A DNA stretch of 64,000 bases from an uncultured Bacilli bacterium (GTDB lineage Bacteria > Bacillota_I > Bacilli_A > RF39 > UBA660): NCBI GenBank assembly GCA_947631035.1, contig CANRJW010000002.1, forward strand, positions 3,233 to 67,232, given 5' to 3'. Both the position numbers and the translations under genes were made by a program. The notes beneath the pieces were generated by a model. That model searched no databases. It saw only the letters and a list, made by a program, of their open reading frames with translations, and had not been told where the DNA came from. Numbering within the stretch: position 1 is the first letter of the stretch; the number at the start of each line of letters is the position of its first letter. This document shows positions 1 through 9,392 of the stretch, one piece after another.

Positions 1-248
1 GTAAACTGCCAGGTAAGATCCTTAAGAAACTCAACATCAGGGTTTCTATACTGAGGATAAACCTTCTTTGTCTTTTCATCACGTACATAAACCGTTTCGA
101 TTTTGTTATACTTTTCCATATATTTTACCTCTTTTTATTTTAAAATAAGACTATATTGATAAATATTATTAAGATCAATCTTAATGTCTTTATCATCAAT
201 GTAAATATCAAAATTGATATCTCCATCTAAAAAATTTCAAAAAACTGT

Positions 249-506
249 TTAACAATCATTTTTACTCTCCGCATACGGGTATTTATCATGCCAACTTAAA
301 ATATCATAACCCTGTTCTTTCCACCACTGCTCTTTTTCTTCAGTATATTCTATATAGTCAATTCTTTTTATCTCCTCAATTGTTCTATAAGGGATTTCTC
401 CCATAGTATGAAAAATATCAGGGGTTGTGGCTTTATAAACATATAGCTGATAATCATTTGTAACTATGCTATACTTACGTACATAGATTAAATAAGTTTT
501 TAACAT
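249..506 (-). CDS. hypothetical protein (85 aa)
   Basis: Intact ORF in the minus-strand gene array; no recognisable motif. Confidence 0.35.
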   Translation of the reverse strand: MLKTYLIYVRKYSIVTNDYQLYVYKATTPDIFHTMGEIPYRTIEEIKRIDYIEYTEEKEQWWKEQGYDILSWHDKYPYAESKNDC

Positions 507-512
507 ATTTTA

Positions 513-926
513 TCACTCCAAGAGAAAATCATAATGACTGCCCTGATAGGTATCATTAAGATCTACCTCGATTTCCAAGTCTTCAATTTTATACAGCTCT
601 ATAATTCTATCAATAATATCAGGTTGATTAAACAAGCTATTAAGATGGATATAAGCTGTCCCCTTATAAATTGCTACTCTCCCTCGAGGAAAATAATTCC
701 AGGACTTATCCTCAAATCCATCAGAATATTCAGACCAAAGTCGTTTATGTGTTAGAGAAGCTTTACTTACAAAAGATCTTAAATATTCACCATCATAGTT
801 GGAAGGGATTTGAATACCCCTAATTGTAAATTTTCCTCTTTTAATGTTCTTAACAGTGTCGCCTATAATCCAAAAAGCGCCCTGGTAATAAATATTATCT
901 TCTTTTCTAACTTCTTTTAATTTCAT
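513..926 (-). CDS. hypothetical protein, paralog of 22383..22823
   Basis: Shares the motifs YYQGAFWIIGDT vs LYKGIFWIVDET and NYFPRGRVAIYKG vs NYYPRGRVEIHNG with the ORF at 22383..22823. Confidence 0.5.
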   Translation of the reverse strand: MKLKEVRKEDNIYYQGAFWIIGDTVKNIKRGKFTIRGIQIPSNYDGEYLRSFVSKASLTHKRLWSEYSDGFEDKSWNYFPRGRVAIYKGTAYIHLNSLFNQPDIIDRIIELYKIEDLEIEVDLNDTYQGSHYDFLLE

Positions 927-963
927 ATCTTTACCTCACACAAAAATCATTTCATCGAGAAAA

Positions 964-1197
964 TCACTTATCAAACTTCTTTACGGTGTCCTCTTCAACC
1001 TGACAAAAGATTTCATGAAGTACTTTACAGCCTTTATTCCCAAGAACAAACCCGCCTTCCACTTCACCTTGCATATCAGCAATTTCCAAAGCCTGCTTTA
1101 CCTTATCTTCAGTATCATAGATTTGGCCATCGTAAAAGAATGTTTTTTCTTCTTCTTCATTTCCATTATTTGGTTTATAAGAAATTTGCATAATCAT
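964..1197 (-). CDS. hypothetical protein (77 aa)
   Basis: ORF packed between neighbouring minus-strand genes. Confidence 0.35.
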   Translation of the reverse strand: MIMQISYKPNNGNEEEEKTFFYDGQIYDTEDKVKQALEIADMQGEVEGGFVLGNKGCKVLHEIFCQVEEDTVKKFDK

Positions 1198-1203
1198 AAC
1201 TAC

Positions 1204-1476
1204 TTATACCTCTACAAAATATTCTTTAACAAATTCTTCAAAAATTTCTTGAGCTCTCTTTTTTGCTTTTTTAAATGCTTTTTCATATCTATTGGGCTTT
1301 CCATATTCTATAGGAACGCCTTCTTCTTTCCACCTGAGATCCCCATTTTTTAATACTACAAGATATTGTTCGTCTTGAAGATCAATACAAACACTTACAG
1401 GCCCTGCATACGCAACTGTACTATCCCAAAGACTGTAAGGGCCGCCATCATCAAATTGAAGTTGAACGATTTTCAT
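1204..1476 (-). CDS. small hypothetical protein, paralog of 37445..37753
   Basis: Start taken at the internal Met (MKIVQLQF...) to avoid overlap with rtcB. N-terminus MKIVQLQF and C-terminus EFVKEYF resemble MKIKQLQF and EKYIKENF of the 37.5 kb copy. Sits directly downstream of a promoter module. Confidence 0.45.
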   Translation of the reverse strand: MKIVQLQFDDGGPYSLWDSTVAYAGPVSVCIDLQDEQYLVVLKNGDLRWKEEGVPIEYGKPNRYEKAFKKAKKRAQEIFEEFVKEYFVEV

Positions 1477-1502
1477 ATGTTTATTCCGCCTTTTATCTTC
1501 AT

Positions 1503-1545
1503 ACTTATTATAATATAAAACAAAAAAGAGATCAACTAAAAAAAA
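1503..1545 (-). promoter_or_regulatory. promoter-module variant (single arm)
   Basis: ttattataatat...agatcaactaa; between rtcB and 1204..1476. Confidence 0.45.
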
Positions 1546-1549
1546 AACG

Positions 1550-2632
1550 TTAATCTCTTCCACTTTTGAAATTATAAATTGGTTTAATAATTCTCCATAT
1601 GCACACTGTAGGTTCAATTTTATCCACAATTTCTTGAGGTGGTTTATAGGCGAAAGGAGATTCATCAATCGTATTTGCACTTATAGAAGATGAATAAATA
1701 CCCTCCATGGATTTCTTATAATCCTCTAAGGAAATATTTTTCTTAGCTTCACTTCTACTCATGATTCTTCCAGCACCATGAGGTGCAGAACAATTCCAAT
1801 CTTCATTACTAAGTCCTGTACCCATAATTGCACCGTCTCTCATATTTAAAGGAATGATTACACCTTCTCCTTTATATGCAGCTACAGCACCTTTTCTAAC
1901 AATACTATCTGCAATATAATTGTGAGGACAATCAAATGCGCCTTCTGGATTTAACTTCATCATTTTAATGATAACTTCCGCAATTGCTTCTCTATTCATT
2001 TTTGCAAATTGATTACAAAGTTGACAATCAAAGAGGTAGTGGAACATGTGAGTATCTTCAAGATAACATAAGCGGTCAGGGGTTCCAGGATCAAGTTCTT
2101 TTAACTTCTTTCTTCTAAGTGCAAGATATTGATAAACCTGAGCTACCTGCTTTCCAAGATTCCTACTGCCTGTATGAATAACAAGGTATTTATAACCATT
2201 CTCATCTTGATCAACCTCAATGAAATGGTTACCTCCTCCTAAAGTACCAAGGGAGGATTGGAGTTCATCAATATGTTTAAGCTCTTTATAACAGTCAAGC
2301 TGTTTTAGGAGTTTGTTAAGTTCTTTACTACGGTCCCCAACATGTTTGCCACTGGGAATATAATTTCTAATAACGGCATCCAGCCTTGGAAGATCAATAT
2401 CAACTTTTCCAAGGTAGACGACATACATACCGCAACCAATATCGGTACCAATGGTAAAAGGGGAAATTTTATCTTTAAATTTGGCGGTAAACCCAACTAC
2501 AGAATCCTTTCCTGCATGGACATCGGGCATGATCCTGATATGGTCAAACAATCCAGATTTTCTCATTTCATGTAGTTGAGACATAGTAGCTGGATCTATA
2601 TTGTCAGTAAATATCTTGAGATCCTCATTCAT
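1550..2632 (-). CDS. rtcB: RtcB-family RNA ligase (3'-phosphate/5'-OH RNA-splicing ligase)
   Basis: 360 aa with the RtcB signature motifs PDVHAG and GGGNHF plus a metal-binding His pattern. Placement next to the tRNA-repair genes fits. Confidence 0.85.
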   Translation of the reverse strand: MNEDLKIFTDNIDPATMSQLHEMRKSGLFDHIRIMPDVHAGKDSVVGFTAKFKDKISPFTIGTDIGCGMYVVYLGKVDIDLPRLDAVIRNYIPSGKHVGDRSKELNKLLKQLDCYKELKHIDELQSSLGTLGGGNHFIEVDQDENGYKYLVIHTGSRNLGKQVAQVYQYLALRRKKLKELDPGTPDRLCYLEDTHMFHYLFDCQLCNQFAKMNREAIAEVIIKMMKLNPEGAFDCPHNYIADSIVRKGAVAAYKGEGVIIPLNMRDGAIMGTGLSNEDWNCSAPHGAGRIMSRSEAKKNISLEDYKKSMEGIYSSSISANTIDESPFAYKPPQEIVDKIEPTVCIWRIIKPIYNFKSGRD

Positions 2633-3464
2633 ATCTCTTCTTCATAGCCTCATATGTATTTTTCATGAGCATTGCAACCGTCATTGGTCCTACACCTCCA
2701 GGTACGGGAGTGATAAAAGAACATCTAGGTGCAACATTTTCAAAATCAACATCACCGCAAAGCTTGTTATTCTCATCTCTATTGATGCCAACATCAACAA
2801 CTACTGCACCTTCTTTTATCATGTCAGCAGTAATAAATTTGGGCTTGCCAATTGCGACAATGAGAATATCTGCCTGTAGGCACTCTTCTTTTAGGTTTTT
2901 AGTCTTAGAGTGACATATAGTTACAGTGGCATTTCTATTAAGCATAAGAGCGGCCATGGGCTTTCCTACAATATTAGAACGACCTACAATAACTACTTTT
3001 TTACCTTCAATCTCAATATTATATTCATCAAGCAGTCTCATAATACCCGCAGGCGTACACGCCACAGTACATTCCTTACCTGCAAAGAGTCTACCCATGT
3101 TGATATCCGTAAATCCATCAACATCTTTTTCTGGATCAATTGAATTGAGGACTTTATTACTATCAAGATATGCGGGAAGAGGAAGCTGTACTAAGATACC
3201 ATCTACCGTCTCATCGTAGTTCATATTCTCAATAGAGCTCTCAAGACTTTCTTGAGTGCATGTTGTTAGGTAAGCATCCTCAACTTCGATACCTACCTCT
3301 TGACTGGCTTTTGTTTTATTCCTGACATAAGTAGCAGATGCAGAGTTATCGCCCACCCTAAAAATTACAAGGCGGGGTGAGCGCCAAAAACCGTTTTCCT
3401 GAATAGCCTGTTTGGCTTCGTTTCTGACTTTTTGAGCAACTGCCCTCCCATCAATTATTACCAT
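2625..3464 (-). CDS. folD: bifunctional methylene-THF dehydrogenase/methenyl-THF cyclohydrolase FolD
   Basis: Motifs DGILVQLPLP and GRSNIVGKPMA with a Rossmann-type GxxGxxG region. Start set at the internal Met (MVIIDGRAV). Confidence 0.85.
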   Translation of the reverse strand: MVIIDGRAVAQKVRNEAKQAIQENGFWRSPRLVIFRVGDNSASATYVRNKTKASQEVGIEVEDAYLTTCTQESLESSIENMNYDETVDGILVQLPLPAYLDSNKVLNSIDPEKDVDGFTDINMGRLFAGKECTVACTPAGIMRLLDEYNIEIEGKKVVIVGRSNIVGKPMAALMLNRNATVTICHSKTKNLKEECLQADILIVAIGKPKFITADMIKEGAVVVDVGINRDENNKLCGDVDFENVAPRCSFITPVPGGVGPMTVAMLMKNTYEAMKKRYE

Positions 3465-3804
3465 TTTTAACCTCTGCATCCAGTAGTGTTGCAAGATAGT
3501 TTTCTTCTACTTCTCGCATTTTTTGTTCTGATAAGACAGTATCCCCATAAAGAGCTTCCTGAAACTCATCTACTTGCTTAATCTCTTCTTCGGTCAGCTC
3601 CGTATCGGTGACGATTTCGCAGAACGCATCAAACTCGCAGATATCCACAGCTTGGCAAACCGTGAAAAGCATTCTCTTGCCGCGAGACCGTGCAAACTCT
3701 GCCGCTTCCTTCTTCCGCTGCTCGAAGTTCTCCAGATTGAGATCGGAATAGTCCCCGCTCGAAATCCCGTTGCGGTACAGCTTGATAAGAATTGTCCCTT
3801 CCAT
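3451..3804 (-). CDS. hypothetical acidic protein in a locally GC-rich segment
   Basis: 117 aa ORF; local GC about 50% versus about 35% for the window. Confidence 0.45.
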   Translation of the reverse strand: MEGTILIKLYRNGISSGDYSDLNLENFEQRKKEAAEFARSRGKRMLFTVCQAVDICEFDAFCEIVTDTELTEEEIKQVDEFQEALYGDTVLSEQKMREVEENYLATLLDAEVKNGNN

Positions 3805-3986
3805 ACCCTTCTCCTTTGAATTTCTAAATCAATAAATGGGAATGAGCAAGCCGATCGGTTCAGCCTATCGTTAAATGCAAAGTCCTTGCCATATGGCAAG
3901 GACCTGCAAAGTCCGTCGTATTGCGACGAGGTGCGCTGTCCGTACAAAATCTGTCGTTTTGACAGGTGTGTCGGACTATTTCTATC

Positions 3987-4367
3987 CTATTTCTTATCCA
4001 AAATGAACGAAATTCCAATCCCATAAGTGTCTGCGAATGTTTCAACAAACGCAATCATGGCTTCCCTCGATAGCGAACAAAATTTGAATTTATATATTAT
4101 GTCTTTAATTCTTTTGTCGCTGGGATATTGAAATTCTTTATCGGGGAAAATTCCTCTGTATAATTCTTCTATTAAATTCATTATTAAGAAGAAAGAGAAC
4201 ATCTCATTGGGGCAATTGTATATCACTGATTCTGGATTTACAACCATAAAAGGTTTTAAGGTGTTAATCCAAAAACACTCTATGGCAAGTGCTTTATATT
4301 CACATATTCCTTCTAAATTATGGAAAACATAATGATACAGCGCACGTTTGTGGCACCGCCTAATCAC
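3987..4367 (-). CDS. hypothetical protein
   Basis: 126 aa ORF. Confidence 0.4.
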   Translation of the reverse strand: MIRRCHKRALYHYVFHNLEGICEYKALAIECFWINTLKPFMVVNPESVIYNCPNEMFSFFLIMNLIEELYRGIFPDKEFQYPSDKRIKDIIYKFKFCSLSREAMIAFVETFADTYGIGISFILDKK

Positions 4368-4368
4368 C

Positions 4369-4554
4369 TCATAAAGATTTTTTTTTGTTTATGAAGTAAT
4401 CTTGATTTTCTTCTAATGCGGGATCGTTTAATGCCACAAAGTTTTCCCAATGCGACTTGATGGTCTTATATGCCTCATCTTCCTCCTCTACGGGTGGGCT
4501 AGCATAAACCTTGTAACCTTCATTTTTGAAGTTTTCGCCGTTAAAACTAAACAT
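4369..4554 (-). CDS. hypothetical small protein
   Basis: 61 aa ORF abutting its neighbours. Confidence 0.3.
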   Translation of the reverse strand: MFSFNGENFKNEGYKVYASPPVEEEDEAYKTIKSHWENFVALNDPALEENQDYFINKKKSL

Positions 4555-4765
4555 CCATATCTCCGAAATTTATTTTACGCTTTTGTGCTTTAGAACGTTG
4601 AATACCCCTTGAAATTATCTGTTGCACATCCACAGCAGGGCGAATTGGACTATTCACTGGTTGCGACCTTATTGCTTCCTCGCGGAATTTCAATATGTCT
4701 AATCTTGACAAGTCGCTTACAATTATTTTTTTTATACCATATCTTCTATCTCTATACATTTTCAT
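4547..4765 (-). CDS. hypothetical small basic protein
   Basis: 72 aa ORF. Confidence 0.3.
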   Translation of the reverse strand: MKMYRDRRYGIKKIIVSDLSRLDILKFREEAIRSQPVNSPIRPAVDVQQIISRGIQRSKAQKRKINFGDMDV

Positions 4766-5064
4766 ACATCCTTTGCCGCATGAGCAATCTTGTACATATA
4801 TTTACTGGTCGTGCCTTTTGTCTTTTTACTTTTTTCAAATCTCACGGTCAATATTAAGACTCGAACCAGTTCAACTAATATTGTGACAATGGTGACACAA
4901 TAAGATCCAGCACTGACATAGGCAAATACATTTATAGGATATTCTCCATTCGCTGCCGTTGCCCCTAACCCTATCGCACTACTCACCATCGAAACAGCTA
5001 AGGCTAACAAAATAACTGCATTCTCAATTATCACCCATCTGCTCTTTTGCCGACACTTCCTCAC
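4762..5064 (-). CDS. small membrane protein (two TM segments)
   Basis: Hydrophobic stretches VIIENAVILLALAVSMVSSAIGL and CVTIVTILVELVRVLIL. Confidence 0.4.
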   Translation of the reverse strand: MRKCRQKSRWVIIENAVILLALAVSMVSSAIGLGATAANGEYPINVFAYVSAGSYCVTIVTILVELVRVLILTVRFEKSKKTKGTTSKYMYKIAHAAKDV

Positions 5065-5080
5065 TATTTATTTTTTTTTT

Positions 5081-5548
5081 TTAATTATCTTCTATTTCTA
5101 CACCATAATTAGATGCAATAACTCTTATTACGGATAGTGCTCTATTTAAGCCCATTACCATTCCATCCAGCCCTCGTGAGATAGCTGTAAAGGAAGATTT
5201 TGGAAAGGGTGCTATTTCATCTCTTTCTTTTTTAATTAAGGACAGCGCTTTTGTAAGCACTTCTTTCAGTGTTTCTTTACAGGTGTCATCTGCCTTATGG
5301 TATCCATGTTCCTGCAAAATATCTACAACTGAGAATATTTGACTTACAAAGAAGGGATAAAGCTCACCGGTATCAGGATCTTTATGGTTTCCTTTATGTA
5401 AGCCTTCAAGTACAAGGTCTCTCATCTCTTCTGTTTCTTTCTTTTTTGCGTAGTACCCTGCCATGTCCATTTTATTTCTCCTCGCTTCTAATAGCTCTTG
5501 TATATGAGGATAACCAAGGACATTCACCCTTAACTTCCTCTTCATCAC
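5081..5548 (-). CDS. hypothetical protein
   Basis: 155 aa ORF. Confidence 0.45.
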   Translation of the reverse strand: MMKRKLRVNVLGYPHIQELLEARRNKMDMAGYYAKKKETEEMRDLVLEGLHKGNHKDPDTGELYPFFVSQIFSVVDILQEHGYHKADDTCKETLKEVLTKALSLIKKERDEIAPFPKSSFTAISRGLDGMVMGLNRALSVIRVIASNYGVEIEDN

Positions 5549-5798
5549 AGTTAAGAATTCCTCTCAAAACCATTGTAGTTGCTCTGAGAATGTTAATGTT
5601 ATTTTCATGTGTATTACTGGTTTGAATAAGCCAGTTGTAAACCGGACTATTTGAAACATAGCCTACATTTTCAAAAGCGTCCCTTATAATTTGAGGACAC
5701 TCTTTTTCAAGGTTTCTTAAAACTTCAATAACTGTTTTGAACCCTTCGCACTCTTTAGCTGAAAACTTCACCACATATTTCTCTTTTTCTTTATCCAT
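5472..5798 (-). CDS. hypothetical protein
   Basis: 108 aa ORF; the true start may be internal. Confidence 0.4.
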   Translation of the reverse strand: MDKEKEKYVVKFSAKECEGFKTVIEVLRNLEKECPQIIRDAFENVGYVSNSPVYNWLIQTSNTHENNINILRATTMVLRGILNCDEEEVKGECPWLSSYTRAIRSEEK

Positions 5799-5800
5799 TT

Positions 5801-5980
5801 TTATTTATCCTCATAAAGTAATGGTTTTCCGTCCCGATCCACCATAACACATATGCTGGCGTGGCCTGCATATGTGTGCAATAAATACATGACTTTTGTA
5901 TCTCTGTCATAATATGCCATCATCGATTCATTAACTCGTCCCAGGGGCACAGGTCCACCATTGTATATCTGTGGTTTCAT
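5801..5980 (-). CDS. small hypothetical protein (59 aa)
   Basis: Hand-translated minus-strand ORF, below the ORF-track size threshold. Confidence 0.3.
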   Translation of the reverse strand: MKPQIYNGGPVPLGRVNESMMAYYDRDTKVMYLLHTYAGHASICVMVDRDGKPLLYEDK

Positions 5981-6147
5981 TTTACTTCTACCTCATACTT
6001 CTTGGCTACGTAGTTAATGATTTCATCTACATATTCTCTCAGTTTTTGGCATTCCCAGTCATTGCAATACTCATTGTAAACCGCTACTACAAGCATCGCG
6101 TTTTTAACATCATGCAGTACATTTTCTACTATTTTCTTCTCGTCCAT
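5977..6147 (-). CDS. small hypothetical protein (about 56 aa)
   Basis: Hand-translated minus-strand ORF; its stop and the downstream start overlap as ATGA. Confidence 0.3.
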   Translation of the reverse strand: MDEKKIVENVLHDVKNAMLVVAVYNEYCNDWECQKLREYVDEIINYVAKKYEVEVK

Positions 6148-6155
6148 ACATCACC

Positions 6156-6650
6156 TCAATCCAGATTTTCTTTACACCAAACTTCAATATTGTGCTTAAA
6201 TTTTTCTTCAATCTCTTCTTCATTGAAAGAACCAAAGAAGGTGTTAAGAAGAGTTCTGTAACAGCACTTATTAGGACAAAATTTAGGATTATCAAAAACA
6301 GGACTATCGTCACCGTTAAGAATCAGCATCAAAGCTGCTGCTACTCCTGCACTTCTGCTGATGCCAGCACCACACTGAACAATAATCTGATCTGCTTTGT
6401 CGAGGTTATCGTTAACAAATTTGATAATTCTCTCAGCATCTCTTCTAGTCATGTGGTTGAATTCATCAGATTCCACGTCATCGAATCTGAGAAAAAGAAT
6501 ACCAACGATGTTAGGATTACCCCTATTGAAGGTATTAGCAGACTCTTCAAGTGCAGCTATTGAGATTATGATTGTCCTCTCCTGGAAGTTCGTAAAGCTG
6601 AAATCACTTGCCTCTTTCCTGGACATTATTTTAATTCTCTTAGTATTCAT
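6156..6650 (-). CDS. Cys-based protein phosphatase (PTP/dual-specificity-like)
   Basis: VQCGAGISRSAG matches the CX5R(S) phosphatase P-loop (HCxAGxxRS). Confidence 0.5.
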   Translation of the reverse strand: MNTKRIKIMSRKEASDFSFTNFQERTIIISIAALEESANTFNRGNPNIVGILFLRFDDVESDEFNHMTRRDAERIIKFVNDNLDKADQIIVQCGAGISRSAGVAAALMLILNGDDSPVFDNPKFCPNKCCYRTLLNTFFGSFNEEEIEEKFKHNIEVWCKENLD

Positions 6651-7008
6651 CTTTAAGCCTTGTCGCATTTTTCATATGTTCAACAGTGTATTTGATCTCT
6701 GCCCATCTTGAACCAAACAGTGGTTCTCCCTTTTCATTTCTCACTTGCAGGTGCTCTCTATCCTGTTTCAAGTTTTCAATTGCACTAAGCAGATCAATCA
6801 TGTTAAGTTTAAGAGGAACAGGAACAGTTTCAGTACCCCAAACCTGCATATTATCATCCATCCAAACATGCCAAGTCTCAGTATGATTAGATCTATCAAT
6901 ATTTAGGATTACATGGTTATCTCCTGAGAGATAAAGATACTTATAAAGAATCGAAATATCATCAAACTTGCAAAGATTGTCAATAAATGTTTCAAATTTC
7001 ATATCCAT
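6640..7008 (-). CDS. hypothetical protein
   Basis: 122 aa ORF. Confidence 0.4.
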   Translation of the reverse strand: MDMKFETFIDNLCKFDDISILYKYLYLSGDNHVILNIDRSNHTETWHVWMDDNMQVWGTETVPVPLKLNMIDLLSAIENLKQDREHLQVRNEKGEPLFGSRWAEIKYTVEHMKNATRLKDEY

Positions 7009-7298
7009 TATTCCTCAATGATATTTCCTACAAGAGCATCTACTCTAAAGCACTTGCTTTCATCACAATGTCTTACAAATGTAATTTTATCAGGATAGTT
7101 TTTGTTAAAATATACATCTAGATCATTCATCCAAGCAAGCTGTTGAATAACCCGCTCAAGAAGATCCTTAAGTTTCATATGGTAATTATAAGTCTCTGCT
7201 TTATAGTAATGTCTAAGAAAGGCCTTGCAGAGGTTAATTAATTCTTCCCTGTCGCCGCTGTCCGGAATAAGCTCTTTGAAAAGTTCTGTCTTAGTCAT
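7008..7298 (-). CDS. hypothetical protein
   Basis: Start set at the internal Met; a promoter module lies directly upstream at 7322-7380. Confidence 0.4.
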   Translation of the reverse strand: MTKTELFKELIPDSGDREELINLCKAFLRHYYKAETYNYHMKLKDLLERVIQQLAWMNDLDVYFNKNYPDKITFVRHCDESKCFRVDALVGNIIEE

Positions 7299-7321
7299 AA
7301 TATATACCCCACATCTATTTT

Positions 7322-7380
7322 CTTCATATATAATTATATAGTAAGTAAAAAGAAAGATCAACTAAAAACATAGTTGATCT
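7322..7380 (-). promoter_or_regulatory. terminator-promoter module, full form
   Basis: Minus-strand reading AAGATCAACTA-tgttt-TAGTTGATCTT (hairpin), then TCTTTCTTTTT, with TTGATC-N17-TATAAT formed by the second arm and the downstream TATATAAT. Confidence 0.55.
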
Positions 7381-7424
7381 TAACAAATTTGTAAGATAAC
7401 TGACAAGTATTTGCGAAAGAGGTG

Positions 7425-8201
7425 TTAATTAATTGTAAAGCAGTAAATTATACTGTTTTGACTGTTTGCGGAATCAATGCTAGTAGCACCATTAGTAGCT
7501 AAAGCGCACCAGCTTGAAGCCGATGATGAAGATCTATTTCTTAACCACCTAATATGATTGCTAGATAGCTCAGGGGTCGCTGTAGTTGGGGTGGTCCTGC
7601 CCATCGATGTCAGCAACTGTCTATAATATTCAAACCGAGTTGAATTAGTTTTAACCATACCCGAAACTGATACATTGCCCCAGATTTCTTCCACTGAAGG
7701 TACCCAAAGAGTGCTGCTACTGCTAGCAGTAGCGGTATCTGAAGACTTGCTTATCGGGGTAATCATATCCTTGAGATAATTAGGAAATAGTAACCTAAGG
7801 ATGGTGTTGTGTAAAACATCATACACAACTGTTTTAGCCCAATCTGTAGTTGAAGAAATTAACATGCTAGAACTATGAGCCCAAAAAGAGGTTTGCCATG
7901 TGGAGCCTGTATAATCAGCATCGACGCAAAGTACAGGATGAATACCTGCTTCCTTCAATTCTATAAAAGCACGATCTCCAGCTCTTACAGCTACTGTCTT
8001 GTTCTTTACATTTTCCCAGTAGGCTTGAATATTAAAACTTATAGAGTGTATGGAATCTACTGCATTTATGGCTGCGTTGTTGGTATTCCCTATATATAGG
8101 TTATTATTTTCCATATCATAGTAGGGTTGACCAGTTAAGAGAACTTGATTACTGCTGAGACCGTTTCCTCTTAGAAGTTGTATTGATTTATTATTAGCCA
8201 T
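7425..8201 (-). CDS. tail-fibre/receptor-binding-like protein, paralog family member 1
   Basis: Conserved N-terminus MANNKSIQLLRG...QPYYDMENNNLYIG is shared with 24063..25001 and 37868..38653, and the C-terminus is divergent. The TTTGCTAAATT motif lies upstream. Confidence 0.5.
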   Translation of the reverse strand: MANNKSIQLLRGNGLSSNQVLLTGQPYYDMENNNLYIGNTNNAAINAVDSIHSISFNIQAYWENVKNKTVAVRAGDRAFIELKEAGIHPVLCVDADYTGSTWQTSFWAHSSSMLISSTTDWAKTVVYDVLHNTILRLLFPNYLKDMITPISKSSDTATASSSSTLWVPSVEEIWGNVSVSGMVKTNSTRFEYYRQLLTSMGRTTPTTATPELSSNHIRWLRNRSSSSASSWCALATNGATSIDSANSQNSIIYCFTIN

Positions 8202-8255
8202 TAAAATCTCCTCGTACGAGAAATCTTTATAAGTACGTATAATTTAGCAAATTAT

Positions 8256-9392
8256 TTAGTCTTTCAAATTTAGAACCTGCATTTTGTAGTTTCTACTGCA
8301 TCTAAGAAACCATTCACGTACATATGCATCAAGATCACACTCAGGACGATCATTGTACCATCTAAAAAGTAAAGCACTGATATCTTTATGATTATTCATT
8401 ACGTAAAGTGCAAAGTCCTTTTTAGTTTCATACGGGCCATGGGCTTCCGTATCCTCAATAGCGCTAACACTTTCTTGGATAAAATAATCAAGTAAGCATG
8501 TAAGCTCTGCAAAACGTTTTTGATATTCAGGAAAGTATGCTAAGAATTCATTTTGTTCATTATGTTCAATGATTTCAAGAATGCGAACCTTACTCTGTAC
8601 GCCGTTGTTTGCAAGATAATGAGCTTGCAACCATTTTGTGTTCTTAATTTTTACTCGATTCCAGTACTTATCAACTGCGACAAATCCTTCTTCATCCCAA
8701 TCCATTTCTTCCAGCGCTTTCTTACACTCATCAAGATTAGAAAGATTGTAGCTGCAAGGGCGCCAAACAGGGAGATCTTTTATATCAGGAAATTGTTCTT
8801 CAAAGGTATTAACATCCCTCATGCCGATAAGATAGACACGAGCAGTATCGTAGGGAACAACTACTCGATTATAAGGAGAAACAAGTTCAAAGGTGTAGCA
8901 CTTAGAGCAATCAAGATGAGTAAATAAACTGTCGAGAGTGGTAATATCATTCCACAAAGCTTCTTCAAACAATGCTTTAAAAGAAATGGGCTTAGAGAGT
9001 AGTGGAGAATTAACCTTAGCGTCAGTAGCATCAAGAGTACCCGAGGTGCTAATTCTCCATTTACTATGAATATTGTCCCACCATACTAAGATTTTAGAAC
9101 CATCTACCTTTTCTTGAACACTTACTGAGTCCCAGTCAATTTCAGCTGCGTATTGCTCCCCAACGTTGTAGAACTTAAAGAAGCTGAGAGCAACAGGGGT
9201 AAGGGTGTGCTTATTAACAACCAGGCCCCTGCACTCATTACAAATCTTTTGACTAAAATCACTAGCTATTTGATTGTATTTAAGAAGAACATAATCACCA
9301 TCTTCGCTTAAAGAGAGATTATAAGGAGGATTGGTAAGTATGTCCTTCCAGTTGTCCAGATTGTTTCTCATTAATTTTATCGTCTCAAGCAT
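8256..9392 (-). CDS. rnlA: ATP-dependent RNA ligase 1 (T4 RnlA-like tRNA repair ligase)
   Basis: Matches remembered T4 Rnl1 landmarks: ECRG, a nucleotidyl-transfer KVDGS motif at about residue 95, and EGFVAV..VKIK (motif V). Confidence 0.8.
   Translation of the reverse strand: MLETIKLMRNNLDNWKDILTNPPYNLSLSEDGDYVLLKYNQIASDFSQKICNECRGLVVNKHTLTPVALSFFKFYNVGEQYAAEIDWDSVSVQEKVDGSKILVWWDNIHSKWRISTSGTLDATDAKVNSPLLSKPISFKALFEEALWNDITTLDSLFTHLDCSKCYTFELVSPYNRVVVPYDTARVYLIGMRDVNTFEEQFPDIKDLPVWRPCSYNLSNLDECKKALEEMDWDEEGFVAVDKYWNRVKIKNTKWLQAHYLANNGVQSKVRILEIIEHNEQNEFLAYFPEYQKRFAELTCLLDYFIQESVSAIEDTEAHGPYETKKDFALYVMNNHKDISALLFRWYNDRPECDLDAYVREWFLRCSRNYKMQVLNLKD

Noticed and set aside
534-3219. Plus-strand ORFs 534..755, 1015..1353, 2342..2575, 2601..2879, 2665..2913, 2910..3143, 2926..3219
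   Set aside because: All are antisense to well-supported minus-strand genes (the 513..926 paralog, rtcB, folD) and are low-complexity or AT-rich frame artefacts.
3594-4054. ORFs 3594..3947(-) and 3860..4054(-)
   Set aside because: They overlap the better-supported 3451..3804 gene and the palindrome-containing non-coding stretch; read as GC-driven open frames, not genes.
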